From assembly GCA_963812605.1 (NCBI GenBank), contig CAWEWF010000001.1, forward strand, positions 384,001-448,000: a stretch of DNA of 64,000 nucleotides, given 5' to 3'. How positions within the stretch are numbered: the stretch's first letter is position 1; every line of letters begins with the position of its first letter. Of this stretch, positions 30,682 through 40,122 are shown piece after piece. The notes under the pieces were generated by a model. The model was not told the origin of the DNA and made no database searches. It worked only from the letters and a program-made list of their open reading frames with translations. Source of the stretch: an uncultured Verrucomicrobiae bacterium. Its GTDB lineage: Bacteria; Verrucomicrobiota; Verrucomicrobiia; Palsa-1439. The translations under genes were made by a program, and so were the position numbers.

Positions 30682-31713
30682 TCAAGGAAGTTGACCGGAC
30701 CGCGGTTCCTCGGCCTGTAGCTGTGGTTGCTCGATCTGGCCGAGTTTGGCGTCGAATTTGGCGAGCGCTTTTTCGCCTTCGGAATAGCTGCCCTGCGCGT
30801 TGGTCAGGTGCTTGCCGAGGACACGGAAACTTTCCTGCACGCGTTCGAAGTCGCCGCGCAGGCGGGCGAGCGTGTTGAGGATTTCCTGGGCGCGCTCTTC
30901 GACCTGCATCCCGCGCAGGCCGAGCAGGATGGTCTGCAGGTACGCGTAGAAGCTGTTCGGCGAAACGGGCACGACACGTTTCTCCAGCGCGTAGCTGAAC
31001 AACGGCCGTTCCTCGCCCGAAGCACTCGCCTCTTCCTTGATGATGGTCTCGTAGTATACGTTTTCCGCGGGAACATACATCAGCGCGAAGTTGTAGGTGC
31101 CTTCGTCGGGCAGGATGTATTTCGTGGCGATGGCATCGACGTGCTTTTTCACGTCGCGCAGGAATTGTTTACGGGCCGCGATGCGCTCGGAGTCGCTCTG
31201 CGAGTCCAGGATGCGGCGGAAGTTTTCGAGCGGGAACTTGGAATCGACCGGCACGAGCTTGTTGCCGATCTGGATGACCGCGTCCACCGCCTCGCCGCTG
31301 CGAAAACGATGTTGCAGTTTGAAATGTTCGGGCGGCAGGATCTGCGCGAGCAGGTCGCCCAGAAACAATTCGCCCATCCCACCGCGCAGTTTTGGCGCGC
31401 GGAGGATGTTCACCAACTCCGCCGCGGCCTTGCCGACCTCGTGAATCTGCCCGACTTTTTCCCGGAGATCGCCGACAACCTTCGCGGCATTGTCGAGGCG
31501 GCTGTTCATTTGCGCGCTGGATTGCTGCAAGTTCTCGGAGACGGTCTGCCCAAATTTATCAAGCCGCTCCTGGAATGCGCTTACCTGCTGCTGGAGGAGC
31601 AGCAACGATTGGTCGGCCTGCTTCGGCCGGTTGCGTTCGCGTAGCACCACGGCGATCAGCGCCGCGACCGCGATCAAAGTGAGCAGGCCAATGATAATGA
31701 CGACAGAGGGCAC
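30682..31713 (-). CDS. rmuC: DNA recombination protein RmuC
   Basis: PKLRGGMGE, VDSKFPLE, IATKYILPDEGT.NFALMYVPAE, VSPNSF. Confidence 0.93.
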   Translation of the reverse strand: MPSVVIIIGLLTLIAVAALIAVVLRERNRPKQADQSLLLLQQQVSAFQERLDKFGQTVSENLQQSSAQMNSRLDNAAKVVGDLREKVGQIHEVGKAAAELVNILRAPKLRGGMGELFLGDLLAQILPPEHFKLQHRFRSGEAVDAVIQIGNKLVPVDSKFPLENFRRILDSQSDSERIAARKQFLRDVKKHVDAIATKYILPDEGTYNFALMYVPAENVYYETIIKEEASASGEERPLFSYALEKRVVPVSPNSFYAYLQTILLGLRGMQVEERAQEILNTLARLRGDFERVQESFRVLGKHLTNAQGSYSEGEKALAKFDAKLGQIEQPQLQAEEPRSGQLP

Positions 31714-31775
31714 GGTCCAAAGCTAACATTTGGCCACGCCGACGGCAATTCTTTGGTTTCAGGCGGGCCTCTCGT

Positions 31776-31842
31776 GTTAACACCTTTTTAACGCATCGGC
31801 GCGGGGTTTTAATTAACGGTCTTTCGCAAACGCTGCGATGCT
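31776..31842 (+). promoter_or_regulatory. Putative KdpE-dependent promoter of kdpA
   Basis: GTTAA-N7-TTAACGC-N12-TTTTAATTA-N16-GCTG-N2-ATG-N-T, repeated with identical spacing at 35181-35247. Confidence 0.7.
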
Positions 31843-31849
31843 TTGGGGT

Positions 31850-33640
31850 ATGAACGCGCATGAGATTATTCAGATTATACTTTTCTTCGGAATCGGCATC
31901 GCCCTGACGCCGCCACTGGGTCGATTCATGGCGAAGGTGTTCAAGGGTGAGAGAACGTTCCTGCATCCCGTTCTCCAGCCAATCGAGAACCTGGTTTATC
32001 GGTTGACGGGGGTTGACCCCGGCCAGGAAATGTCGTGGCCCAAGTATTTGGGGGCCGTCGTGATCATGACCTGCGTGGGGTTCGCTTCGCTGATGGCGAT
32101 CCTGATGACACAGGTGTGGTTGCCCCTCAACCCGATGAAGATCGCCAATAACTCCTGGCATCTCGCTTTCAATACAGCGTGGAGTTTCACCTGCAACGCG
32201 GACTGGCAGTCGTACACGGGCGAATCCGCCATGAGCTATTTTTCCCAGACGATCGGACTCTCGGTGCACCAATTCCTGAGTGGCGCGGCCGGGCTCGCGG
32301 TGCTGATCGCGGTGGGGCGGGCCTTGAAGCGCCACACGACCAGGACCATCGGCAATTTCTGGGTGGACCTGACCCGGGCCCTTTTGTACATCGTGATCCC
32401 GCTGTCCGTGGTCTGGGCGATTCCGCTGGTCTGGCAGGGTTGCCCGCAAACCTGGAAACCATACCCGGACGCCAAGCTGACAGAACCGTACACCACACAA
32501 GTGCCAAAGACCGACGACAAGGGGAACCCGGTCAAGGATGACAAGGGCAATCCGGTCATGGTCGACCAGAAGGTCGAGACGCAGAGTCTTCCCATCGGCC
32601 CGGTCGCATCCTTCGAATCCTGCAAACAGCTTTTCACGAACGGCGGCGGCTACTACGGCGTCAATAGCGCCCATCCGTATGAAAACCCGACGCCGCTGGC
32701 GAACTTTCTCGAAATGCTGGCGATCATCGTGGTGCCGATGGCTCAGGTTTATATGTTCGGCCTGCTGATCGGCAATTTGAAGCACGCGTGGTGTTTGTTC
32801 GCCGTGATGCTCGGGCTGTATTTGCTTTCCTTCGGCATCGCGTGGTGGGCCGAGACGCGGCCGAACCCAGTCGTCGCCAACATCCAGCCATTAATGGAAG
32901 GCAAGGAGCAACGGTTCGGCGTGATGAACAGCGTGCTCTGGGGCGTCTCCTGCACGGCGATCGACAACGGCTCGGTGAATTCGATGCACGACAGTTGGAT
33001 GCCGCTGGCCGGCATGATGCCGATGTGGAACATCCTGATCGGGGAAATCATGTTCGGCGGCATCGGGTGCGGCGTGTATTGCATGTTGTTCCACGTGCTG
33101 ATCACAGTCTTTATCGCGGGGTTGATGATTGGGCGCACGCCGGAATATCTGGGCAAGAAACTCGGCGCGTGGGTGGCCACGTGGGCGGTGATTGGCGTGC
33201 TGTTGCCGAATGCCGCGTGCTTGATTCCGACTGCGCTTTCGCTCATGCCCAATATAGTGCCCTCGGGATTGGCGAGTCTGGCCAATAACGGCCCGCACGG
33301 GTTGAGCGAAGTGCTCTATGCTTTTGGGGAGGCCGCCAACAACAACGGCAGCGCTTTCGCCGGATTGAACGCCAACGTGCCGTGGTATAACGTTGCGCTC
33401 GGCATTGCGATCATCATCGGCCGGTTCGCTCCGATCGCGGCGGCGCTGGCAATTGTCGGCCGTCTGGCCTCCGAAAAGACCGTCGAAGCTTCCTCCGGCA
33501 CGCTGCCGACGCACGGTTGGACGTTTGGCCTCACGCTGACGGGGGTCATCATCATCGTCGCCGCGTTGACATTCTTTCCGGTGCTTTGCCTGGGACCGAT
33601 CATCGAGCACGGCCTGATGCTGGCCGGACGGGTGTTTTGA
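31850..33640 (+). CDS. kdpA: K+-transporting ATPase subunit A
   Basis: WQSYTGE, GNFWVDLTR, TNGGGYY, NSAHPYENPT, GRTPEYLGKK, NNNGSAFAGL. Confidence 0.97.
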   Translation: MNAHEIIQIILFFGIGIALTPPLGRFMAKVFKGERTFLHPVLQPIENLVYRLTGVDPGQEMSWPKYLGAVVIMTCVGFASLMAILMTQVWLPLNPMKIANNSWHLAFNTAWSFTCNADWQSYTGESAMSYFSQTIGLSVHQFLSGAAGLAVLIAVGRALKRHTTRTIGNFWVDLTRALLYIVIPLSVVWAIPLVWQGCPQTWKPYPDAKLTEPYTTQVPKTDDKGNPVKDDKGNPVMVDQKVETQSLPIGPVASFESCKQLFTNGGGYYGVNSAHPYENPTPLANFLEMLAIIVVPMAQVYMFGLLIGNLKHAWCLFAVMLGLYLLSFGIAWWAETRPNPVVANIQPLMEGKEQRFGVMNSVLWGVSCTAIDNGSVNSMHDSWMPLAGMMPMWNILIGEIMFGGIGCGVYCMLFHVLITVFIAGLMIGRTPEYLGKKLGAWVATWAVIGVLLPNAACLIPTALSLMPNIVPSGLASLANNGPHGLSEVLYAFGEAANNNGSAFAGLNANVPWYNVALGIAIIIGRFAPIAAALAIVGRLASEKTVEASSGTLPTHGWTFGLTLTGVIIIVAALTFFPVLCLGPIIEHGLMLAGRVF

Positions 33641-33663
33641 GATCGCGCCTTTGGCGGCGATGG

Positions 33664-34008
33664 TCAGGGCGTTTGGAGCAAGGCCTTCAGTTTGCCACGG
33701 ACTGCCTGCATGATATCCGGCGGTAACATTCCAATTGCGCCGCTGATCACCGAATCATTCAAGGTGACCAGTTTGTCCGCCCGAATTACGGAGGCGCTTT
33801 TGAGGCCGATTTGTTTCCAAGCCGGGTGACCCGGGGAAATTGGCGTGGCCGAAGGAAGCCGTTCCGCTTCCATCCTGGTTGTGATGAACGCGACCACGAA
33901 ATCGTTGGCCGTATCACCCGCGGCGAGAACGACGCACGGACGCCGTTTCGCGTCCGTGAGCGAAGTGAATGGAAAAGCGGCGATGACAATCTCGCCGGCT
34001 TGGAACAT
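33664..34008 (-). CDS. PemK/MazF-family toxin
   Basis: GEIVIAAFPFT...KRRPCVVL, GLKSASVIRADKLVTL. Confidence 0.88.
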   Translation of the reverse strand: MFQAGEIVIAAFPFTSLTDAKRRPCVVLAAGDTANDFVVAFITTRMEAERLPSATPISPGHPAWKQIGLKSASVIRADKLVTLNDSVISGAIGMLPPDIMQAVRGKLKALLQTP

Positions 34009-34247
34009 TACCGGCGCTCTCCGAAACGCGGGTTGCGGCGGCCCGGCAACACGTCTGCGTCGGAGTACAACTCCGGCTCCTCGCGCAGGAAATCAAAGGC
34101 TCCGCCCGCGTCGGCCAGCCGCTCGAGATCGATGCCATTCTCGCCTTCCTCGAACGCCAGCACCGCCAGATGAGCGTGCGCTGGCAGTTCGACGCTTTTC
34201 GGCAATCGCAGCACCCCGCCGCTGACTTCAATCGGGATCATTTTCAT
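34008..34247 (-). CDS. Cognate antitoxin of the PemK/MazF toxin
   Basis: Coupled upstream; AFDFLREEPELYSDAD; promoter TTGCAA-N17-TATGCT. Confidence 0.75.
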   Translation of the reverse strand: MKMIPIEVSGGVLRLPKSVELPAHAHLAVLAFEEGENGIDLERLADAGGAFDFLREEPELYSDADVLPGRRNPRFGERR

Positions 34248-34378
34248 CGTTGCCCGTAGCATAACCCGTCCGGCGGGCCGTTGCAATCACTCTCATGGGA
34301 CGCGCCGCCACTTCTTTCTTGCGGCTCATTACCGATAAAGCCAGGTACGAATGGCACAGTGGGGGCGTTAACGGCTTG

Positions 34379-35056
34379 CTAGGCCACGTGTTCATTCGAT
34401 TTGCCGAGATTGCACTGCGAACAGAGTGTCTGAAGATTCTCCAGCACAGTCTCACCACCTTTGCTCCAAGCTATGATGTGATCGATGTGCAGCTCCACAT
34501 TCATTGTCTTCGCTGGGCTAACGCCACAGTTGCAACAGGTGAATCTGTCACGATTGAGCACTTTCCAACGCAGGCGGAGCGAAGGCTCCCGGCCCGTCTT
34601 CCGTCGAATCGGTTCGCCGCCGATCCTTTTAGGTTCAGGAGATTCACGCTCAACCGAGTTGGCGTAGTCGACGAATGCCTCAAGCGCGGCAGTCCAACCC
34701 CCGAAGCGGCGAATGTACGGCCCTTCCGAGATGTTTGATGTGGCCTGCGCCAGTTCCCTCCGTCGCGGCTGCCGCCCATAGTGCTGCCACAAGACAAACA
34801 AATTCTCAAACAGGCGCTCATCGGGAATGTTGATCTCATTGGACAAAGAAAGGCCTGCTTTAACAAGCGCCTTGTTCCATGAGCCGAATCGTCGAGCAAT
34901 GGTGGTGGGGGAGTAGTTCCCATGCTCCATGTATCGGGGTTGCGACACGGTGGGCGCATTGAGCAGTTGTGCAACGCGACGCAGGTCGGTAAGTAGCTCG
35001 TCGTCACTGACAGGCTGACCTGAAACATGAGAAAGCCGAAATGATCCGTTCTTCAT
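34379..35056 (-). CDS. HNH endonuclease with two homing-endonuclease-associated repeats
   Basis: RRFGSWNKAL/RRFGGWTAAL repeats; RDRFTCCNCG...LHIDHIIAWSKGG...NLQTLCSQCN. Confidence 0.88.
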   Translation of the reverse strand: MKNGSFRLSHVSGQPVSDDELLTDLRRVAQLLNAPTVSQPRYMEHGNYSPTTIARRFGSWNKALVKAGLSLSNEINIPDERLFENLFVLWQHYGRQPRRRELAQATSNISEGPYIRRFGGWTAALEAFVDYANSVERESPEPKRIGGEPIRRKTGREPSLRLRWKVLNRDRFTCCNCGVSPAKTMNVELHIDHIIAWSKGGETVLENLQTLCSQCNLGKSNEHVA

Positions 35057-35180
35057 CGAACGGTATACAGGATACTCGCGGCTAAGATTCTTTGACAAGA
35101 TTGGAATGACACCAGGCCATTGGGGCGTGGTGATTCCGTGCCGATCCATCTGCCGGAGACAGGGATGATGGTTCAACTGC

Positions 35181-35247
35181 GTTAATGATTTCTTAACGCC
35201 TCGCTACCCCCTTTTAATTACCGCCTGTCGATAGGTGCTGTCATGTT
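35181..35247 (+). promoter_or_regulatory. Second copy of the putative KdpE-dependent promoter, upstream of kdpB
   Basis: Same blocks and spacing as 31776-31842. Confidence 0.7.
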
Positions 35248-35269
35248 AGTGGCGTAACGGAAGACAATC

Positions 35270-37354
35270 ATGAGCACAAAAGTTGAAATCAAATACTCCG
35301 AGTTGGTGCAGCAGGCGGTCATCAATTCGTTCAAGAAACTGAATCCGCGCGATGAGATCAAGAACCTGGTGATGTTCGTTGTCTGGGTTGGATCGATCTG
35401 GACAACCATCATCCTGTTCACGCCGGGCGGATGCAACCTGTTCAACGTCCAGATTTGCCTCTGGCTGTGGTTTACCTGTCTGTTCGCCAACTTCGCCGAG
35501 GCGATGGCGGAAGGCCGGGGCAAAGCCCATGCCGACGCATTGCGCAAGCTGCGCACCAAGACGATGGCCCGCAAACTCCTTAAGGGCAAGGAAGTCTCCG
35601 TGCCCAGCGCGGAGTTGAAAATCGGCGACCTGTTTGTCTGTGAGGCTGGCGACATGGTTGCCGGCGACGGCGAGATCGTCGAGGGCATTGCCACCGTGGA
35701 TGAATCCGCCATCACCGGCGAATCCGCTCCCGTCATCCGCGAAAGCGGGGGTGACCGCAGCGCCGTCACCGGCGGCACGAAGGTGATCAGCGACCGGATT
35801 GTTGTGCGGGTCACCGCCGAGGAGGGCAGTTCATTCCTCGACCGGATGATTTCCATGATCGAGGGCGCGCGCCGGCAAAAGACCCCGAACGAAATCGCGT
35901 TGAACATCGTGCTCGTCAGCCTGACCGCTTTGTTTATTGTGGTTGTCTTTACCCTGCCGCCGTACGCGCACTACAACGAAGCCCAAGCCGGACAAAAAGG
36001 CGTGGTGCTGACGTCCATTCCCGTGTTGCTGTCGCTCATCGTCTGTCTGATCCCGACGACCATCGGTGGATTGTTGAGCGCCATTGGTATTGCCGGCATC
36101 GACCGATTGATGCGCCGCAACGTGCTGGCGACAAGCGGTCGCGCGGTTGAAGCGGCTGGTGACGTGGACGTGCTGTTGCTCGACAAGACGGGCACAATCA
36201 CGCTGGGTAACCGCATGGCGACGGAATTCATTCCCGCGCCCGGTGTGAACGTGGAGGAAGTCGCCAACGCCGCCCAGCTTGCTTCCCTTGCCGATGAAAC
36301 CCCCGAGGGCCGTTCCATCGTCGTCCTGGCGAAGGAGAAGTATAACCTGCGTGGTCGCGAAGTGGCCGAACCACAGGCGAAATTTGTGGCATTCACGGCG
36401 CAGACGCGAATGAGTGGTTTGGATTTAATTGATCCGGATGGCAAAGGTGTCCGCGTGATCCGCAAAGGCGCGGCGGAAGCCGTCCGCGCGCATGTCGAAC
36501 AAAAGGGCGGGTTGTATCCAAAGGCGGTGGAGCAGGTGGTGTTCGATATTTCGACCCAGGGCGGCACGCCGCTGGTGGTTTCGGACGGCTCCCGCGTGCT
36601 CGGCGTCATTCGGCTGAAAGACGTGGTCAAGGGCGGGATCAAGGAGCGCTTTGCGCAACTGCGCAAGATGGGGGTGCGCACGGTAATGATCACCGGTGAC
36701 AATCCGCAGACGGCCGCGGCCATCGCCGCCGAGGCCGGGGTGGATGATTTCATTGCCCAGGCCAAACCCGAGGACAAACTGGCCCGCATTCGCAAAGAGC
36801 AGGAAGGCGGCAAACTCATTGCGATGATTGGTGACGGCACGAACGACGCCCCGGCGTTGGCACAGGCGGACGTCGGCGTGGCGATGAATACGGGCACCCA
36901 GGCCGCGCGCGAAGCCGGTAACATGGTGGACCTCGACAGCAACCCGACCAAGCTCATCGAGGTCGTCGAGATCGGGAAGCAATTGTTGATGACGCGCGGC
37001 GCGCTGACGACCTTTAGTATCGCCAATGATGTGTCGAAATATTTTGCCATCCTGCCGGCGATGTTCGGGTTGCTCTACGCCACGCAGGTGGGCGGGCGCG
37101 GCCCGCTCGACAAGCTGAACATCATGTACCTGCATTCCCCGCAAAGCGCGATTCTCAGCGCGGTGATTTTCAACGCGCTGATTATCGTGGCGCTGATTCC
37201 TTTGGCGTTGAAGGGCGTGAAATACCAACCGCTGGGCGCGGCGGTGATCCTGCGCAAGAACATGCTGATCTACGGCGTCGGCGGCATCATCGCACCGTTC
37301 GTAGCCATCAAGCTGCTGGATCTGCTGTTGGTGGCGATTCATTTGGCGCCCTGA
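35270..37354 (+). CDS. kdpB: K+-transporting ATPase subunit B
   Basis: [39 protein letters not shown]. Confidence 0.98.
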   Translation: MSTKVEIKYSELVQQAVINSFKKLNPRDEIKNLVMFVVWVGSIWTTIILFTPGGCNLFNVQICLWLWFTCLFANFAEAMAEGRGKAHADALRKLRTKTMARKLLKGKEVSVPSAELKIGDLFVCEAGDMVAGDGEIVEGIATVDESAITGESAPVIRESGGDRSAVTGGTKVISDRIVVRVTAEEGSSFLDRMISMIEGARRQKTPNEIALNIVLVSLTALFIVVVFTLPPYAHYNEAQAGQKGVVLTSIPVLLSLIVCLIPTTIGGLLSAIGIAGIDRLMRRNVLATSGRAVEAAGDVDVLLLDKTGTITLGNRMATEFIPAPGVNVEEVANAAQLASLADETPEGRSIVVLAKEKYNLRGREVAEPQAKFVAFTAQTRMSGLDLIDPDGKGVRVIRKGAAEAVRAHVEQKGGLYPKAVEQVVFDISTQGGTPLVVSDGSRVLGVIRLKDVVKGGIKERFAQLRKMGVRTVMITGDNPQTAAAIAAEAGVDDFIAQAKPEDKLARIRKEQEGGKLIAMIGDGTNDAPALAQADVGVAMNTGTQAAREAGNMVDLDSNPTKLIEVVEIGKQLLMTRGALTTFSIANDVSKYFAILPAMFGLLYATQVGGRGPLDKLNIMYLHSPQSAILSAVIFNALIIVALIPLALKGVKYQPLGAAVILRKNMLIYGVGGIIAPFVAIKLLDLLLVAIHLAP

Positions 37355-37375
37355 GTGACTGAGAAAGGTAATCCC

Positions 37376-37978
37376 ATGATAAAACTCATTATCCAATCGA
37401 TTCGACAAACGATCCTGTGGACGGTGGTGGCGGGTGTGCTCTATCCGCTCGTCATCACCGGTATCGCCCAGGTTGCGTTCCATGACCAGGCCAACGGTAG
37501 CTTGCTTGTGCGCAACGGCGCGGTGGTCGGCTCCGAGTTGCTCGCGCAGCAATTCACGGGGGACAAGTACTTCTGGCCGCGCCCTTCCGCGGGTAGTTAT
37601 GCCACGGTGCCCTCGGGCGCCAGCAACCTCGGCCCGACCAGTCAGGCGCTGCAGTCCAACGTTACCGCCAACGCCACGGCGTTCCGCACCGGCAACAAGC
37701 TGGCGGCGGACGCGCCGGTGCCGGCGGACATGGTCTTTACCTCCGCCAGCGGATTGGACCCGCATATCAGTCCTGAAGCGGCGCGGTTGCAGGTTGGCCG
37801 GGTTGCCGCCGCGCGCGGCATCGGCGCGGACCAGGTCAAGGCGCTGGTGGAAAAATTCGTCGAGCCGCCGCAGTGGGGAATTTTCGGCGAGGCGCGTGTG
37901 AACGTGTTGCGGCTCAACCTGGCTTTGGACAATCTGGACACGAAGAAAGCGGAAGGGACCGGGGCCGTGAAAGGGTAG
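37376..37978 (+). CDS. kdpC: K+-transporting ATPase subunit C
   Basis: QANGSL, YFWPRPSA, SGASNLGP, SASGLDPHIS, VNVLRLNLALD. Confidence 0.96.
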   Translation: MIKLIIQSIRQTILWTVVAGVLYPLVITGIAQVAFHDQANGSLLVRNGAVVGSELLAQQFTGDKYFWPRPSAGSYATVPSGASNLGPTSQALQSNVTANATAFRTGNKLAADAPVPADMVFTSASGLDPHISPEAARLQVGRVAAARGIGADQVKALVEKFVEPPQWGIFGEARVNVLRLNLALDNLDTKKAEGTGAVKG

Positions 37979-37988
37979 GTGATCGAAC

Positions 37989-38522
37989 ATGGAAACCCCT
38001 CCGTCTCGAAAACCCGAACGGCGCTCCGAGAACCCAACTGCGTCCGGCCTGCAACTGCGCCGCATCCTGGTGCCGGTTGATCTTCGTGATTCCACCCTCG
38101 CGACCCTGCGGTATGCGGCGGCGTTTGCCCGGGAGTACAAGGCGACGATTATCCTGCTGCACATTGTCGAGCCGGATGGCTCGCAGGCAAGACGCAAGAT
38201 TTCGCGCGAGCGTCTGATCGAAGAAATGAGCGAGGTCGGCGAGCGCCAAATCCGCCAACTGGTGGACGTGATCTGGGGAGAGGAGATCGTCACCGACATT
38301 GTGGTTGCCGGCGGGAGACCGTATCCGCAAATCGTCAACGAGGCCAAGGAGACGAATGCGGACATGATCATCATGGCCCGACACGGCGCCGTTGGCGCAT
38401 GGGGATTTTTCCGGCGCAACACGGCGGCGAAAGTGGTCCGGCATGCGCCCTGTCCGGTGCTGGTGGTGCCGGCGTTGGAACGGGGGTTTATAGTGGGCGC
38501 CTCTGTTGAAAAAACGTCCTGA
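37989..38522 (+). CDS. Universal stress protein
   Basis: RILVPVD, ADMIIMARHG, VVRHAPCPVLVV. Confidence 0.9.
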   Translation: METPPSRKPERRSENPTASGLQLRRILVPVDLRDSTLATLRYAAAFAREYKATIILLHIVEPDGSQARRKISRERLIEEMSEVGERQIRQLVDVIWGEEIVTDIVVAGGRPYPQIVNEAKETNADMIIMARHGAVGAWGFFRRNTAAKVVRHAPCPVLVVPALERGFIVGASVEKTS

Positions 38523-38547
38523 TCGGTAAACCGCGCGACCTCCCACC

Positions 38548-39648
38548 ATGCGTCTCGGCTACTCTAACAAACGGAACGGCTCTGCCGCCATCGACCCGGG
38601 CGCGGGTGGTAGCGACGCGTTGGAATCCGGCGCGCCCAGCGAGGTGTATTCCACCGTTGGGCTCAATCCCGGGGATCTATTGGACGACCGGTTTCTGCTG
38701 ACCGAGGTCATTAGCCAGGGCGGAATGGCGACGATTTTCAAGGCCCAGGACCTGCGCGATAACAACCAGGATGTGGCGGTGAAAGTGCCGTACCTCGGGC
38801 TGGAGAGCAACCCCGCTTCCTATGCCCGTTTCCAACGGGAAGAAGAAATCGGTTGCCGGTTGAACCATCCGTCCATCCTGAAGTTTGTCCCCCTGAACGG
38901 GAGCCGATCCCGGCCCTACATTGTCACCGAATACCTGCGCGGCTGCACGCTGTCGCGTCTTCTGGGTCAGAATCGACCGTTGCCGGAAAAGGACGCGCTC
39001 AAATTCGCCAGTCTGATCTGTGAAGCCCTGCAGTATCTTCACGAGCAGGGCGTGATCCATCGCGACCTAAAACCGAGCAATCTGATGATTTGCCCGGACG
39101 GCAGGCTGCGGGTGATGGATTTTGGGATTTCCCAGGCTACAGAATCGCGGCGACTCACCTTCGTCGGTTTCACGCCGGCGATGGGCACGGCTGACTACAT
39201 CGCGCCGGAACAGATCAAGGGCCGACGCGGCGACCAGCGCTCCGACATCTACAGTCTCGGCGCCGTGTTGTACGAAATGCTGACCGGAGTTCCGCCGTTC
39301 GATGGCGATGATCCGTTTGTCATTATGAACAAACGCACGACGGGTGACCCGCCAGCCCCGCGGAAACTTAATAAAGAACTATCGCCACAAGCCGAGGAAA
39401 TCGTCCTGCGCGCCCTGCAGCGGGATCCCGCGTTGCGATATCCGACGGCAGCCGCGATGAAAGCGGACCTGGACGCGCCCGAACGGATTGATGTGACCGG
39501 ATTGTGCGACCGCCTGGAGGAATCCACCCGTTGGAGAAGGGTATTGCTGCTGGCTCGTCATATTTTGTTCGTAGCCGTTATTCCGCTGGCAATCCAAGTC
39601 CTCTTGTTTCTATGGCTCTGGTACCACTATGCGAATAAAAAAAGGTGA
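38548..39648 (+). CDS. Hanks-type Ser/Thr protein kinase with a C-terminal TM anchor
   Basis: QGGMATIF, VAVK, HRDLKPSN, DFG, YIAPE, DIYSLG. Confidence 0.93.
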   Translation: MRLGYSNKRNGSAAIDPGAGGSDALESGAPSEVYSTVGLNPGDLLDDRFLLTEVISQGGMATIFKAQDLRDNNQDVAVKVPYLGLESNPASYARFQREEEIGCRLNHPSILKFVPLNGSRSRPYIVTEYLRGCTLSRLLGQNRPLPEKDALKFASLICEALQYLHEQGVIHRDLKPSNLMICPDGRLRVMDFGISQATESRRLTFVGFTPAMGTADYIAPEQIKGRRGDQRSDIYSLGAVLYEMLTGVPPFDGDDPFVIMNKRTTGDPPAPRKLNKELSPQAEEIVLRALQRDPALRYPTAAAMKADLDAPERIDVTGLCDRLEESTRWRRVLLLARHILFVAVIPLAIQVLLFLWLWYHYANKKR

Positions 39649-39738
39649 AATCGTCGTTCCGGCCCGGCACCGTGGCGCCCTCTCCCAGGCCGAGAAGCTT
39701 TGTCGTTCCTGTCGCCAGGCACGTGTTGGCATGGAGGC

Positions 39739-40059
39739 ATGAACTTCATCGCGTGGCTGATTTTTTTGGCGGCGGCCATCCTGGAAGTGGGTGGTGATGC
39801 GACGGTTCGCCGCGGCTTGCGGGGGAGCAACCTGGCACTCATCATCGCCGGCTTTGTCGCCCTGGGTTGCTACGGCCTGGTCGTCAATTCGGTCAAATGG
39901 GAGTTCTCGAAACTGATAGGCGTTTATGTCGCTTTCTTCGCGGTCGTCAGTGTTGTGGTTGGCCGGCTGATTTTCAAGGAAGTGATTCCTTCATCGACGT
40001 GGTGGGGGCTGGCCTTGATCGTGGCCGGCGGGGCGGTCATCCAATTCGGCCACCGGTGA
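39739..40059 (+). CDS. Small 4-TM DMT/YnfA-like membrane protein
   Basis: AAILEVGGD, LIGVYVAFF, GLALIVAGG; GGAGG RBS. Confidence 0.75.
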   Translation: MNFIAWLIFLAAAILEVGGDATVRRGLRGSNLALIIAGFVALGCYGLVVNSVKWEFSKLIGVYVAFFAVVSVVVGRLIFKEVIPSSTWWGLALIVAGGAVIQFGHR

Positions 40060-40122
40060 GGAGGCGAATCGGGGCGCATACTTTTGCATGGTGAAACGCC
40101 GCCTAAAAGTTAGAATGCCCAC

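Noticed and set aside
32512-32560. DDKGNPV tandem duplication in KdpA
   Set aside because: It lies in a variable extracytoplasmic loop where similar inserts are, from recall, common in KdpA.
34360-34385. GCCTAGCAAGCCGTT at the HNH stop (and the PNTSTKP tail near 47870) resembling the start of an integron attC site
   Set aside because: No matching GTTRRRY arm or convincing attC hairpin follows; at most a degenerate remnant.
36425-38422. Long antisense ORFs (e.g. 665 aa here; also 39991..41610, 50325..51692, 22169..23434)
   Set aside because: These are shadows of real genes in high-GC, codon-biased DNA, with no recognisable motifs.
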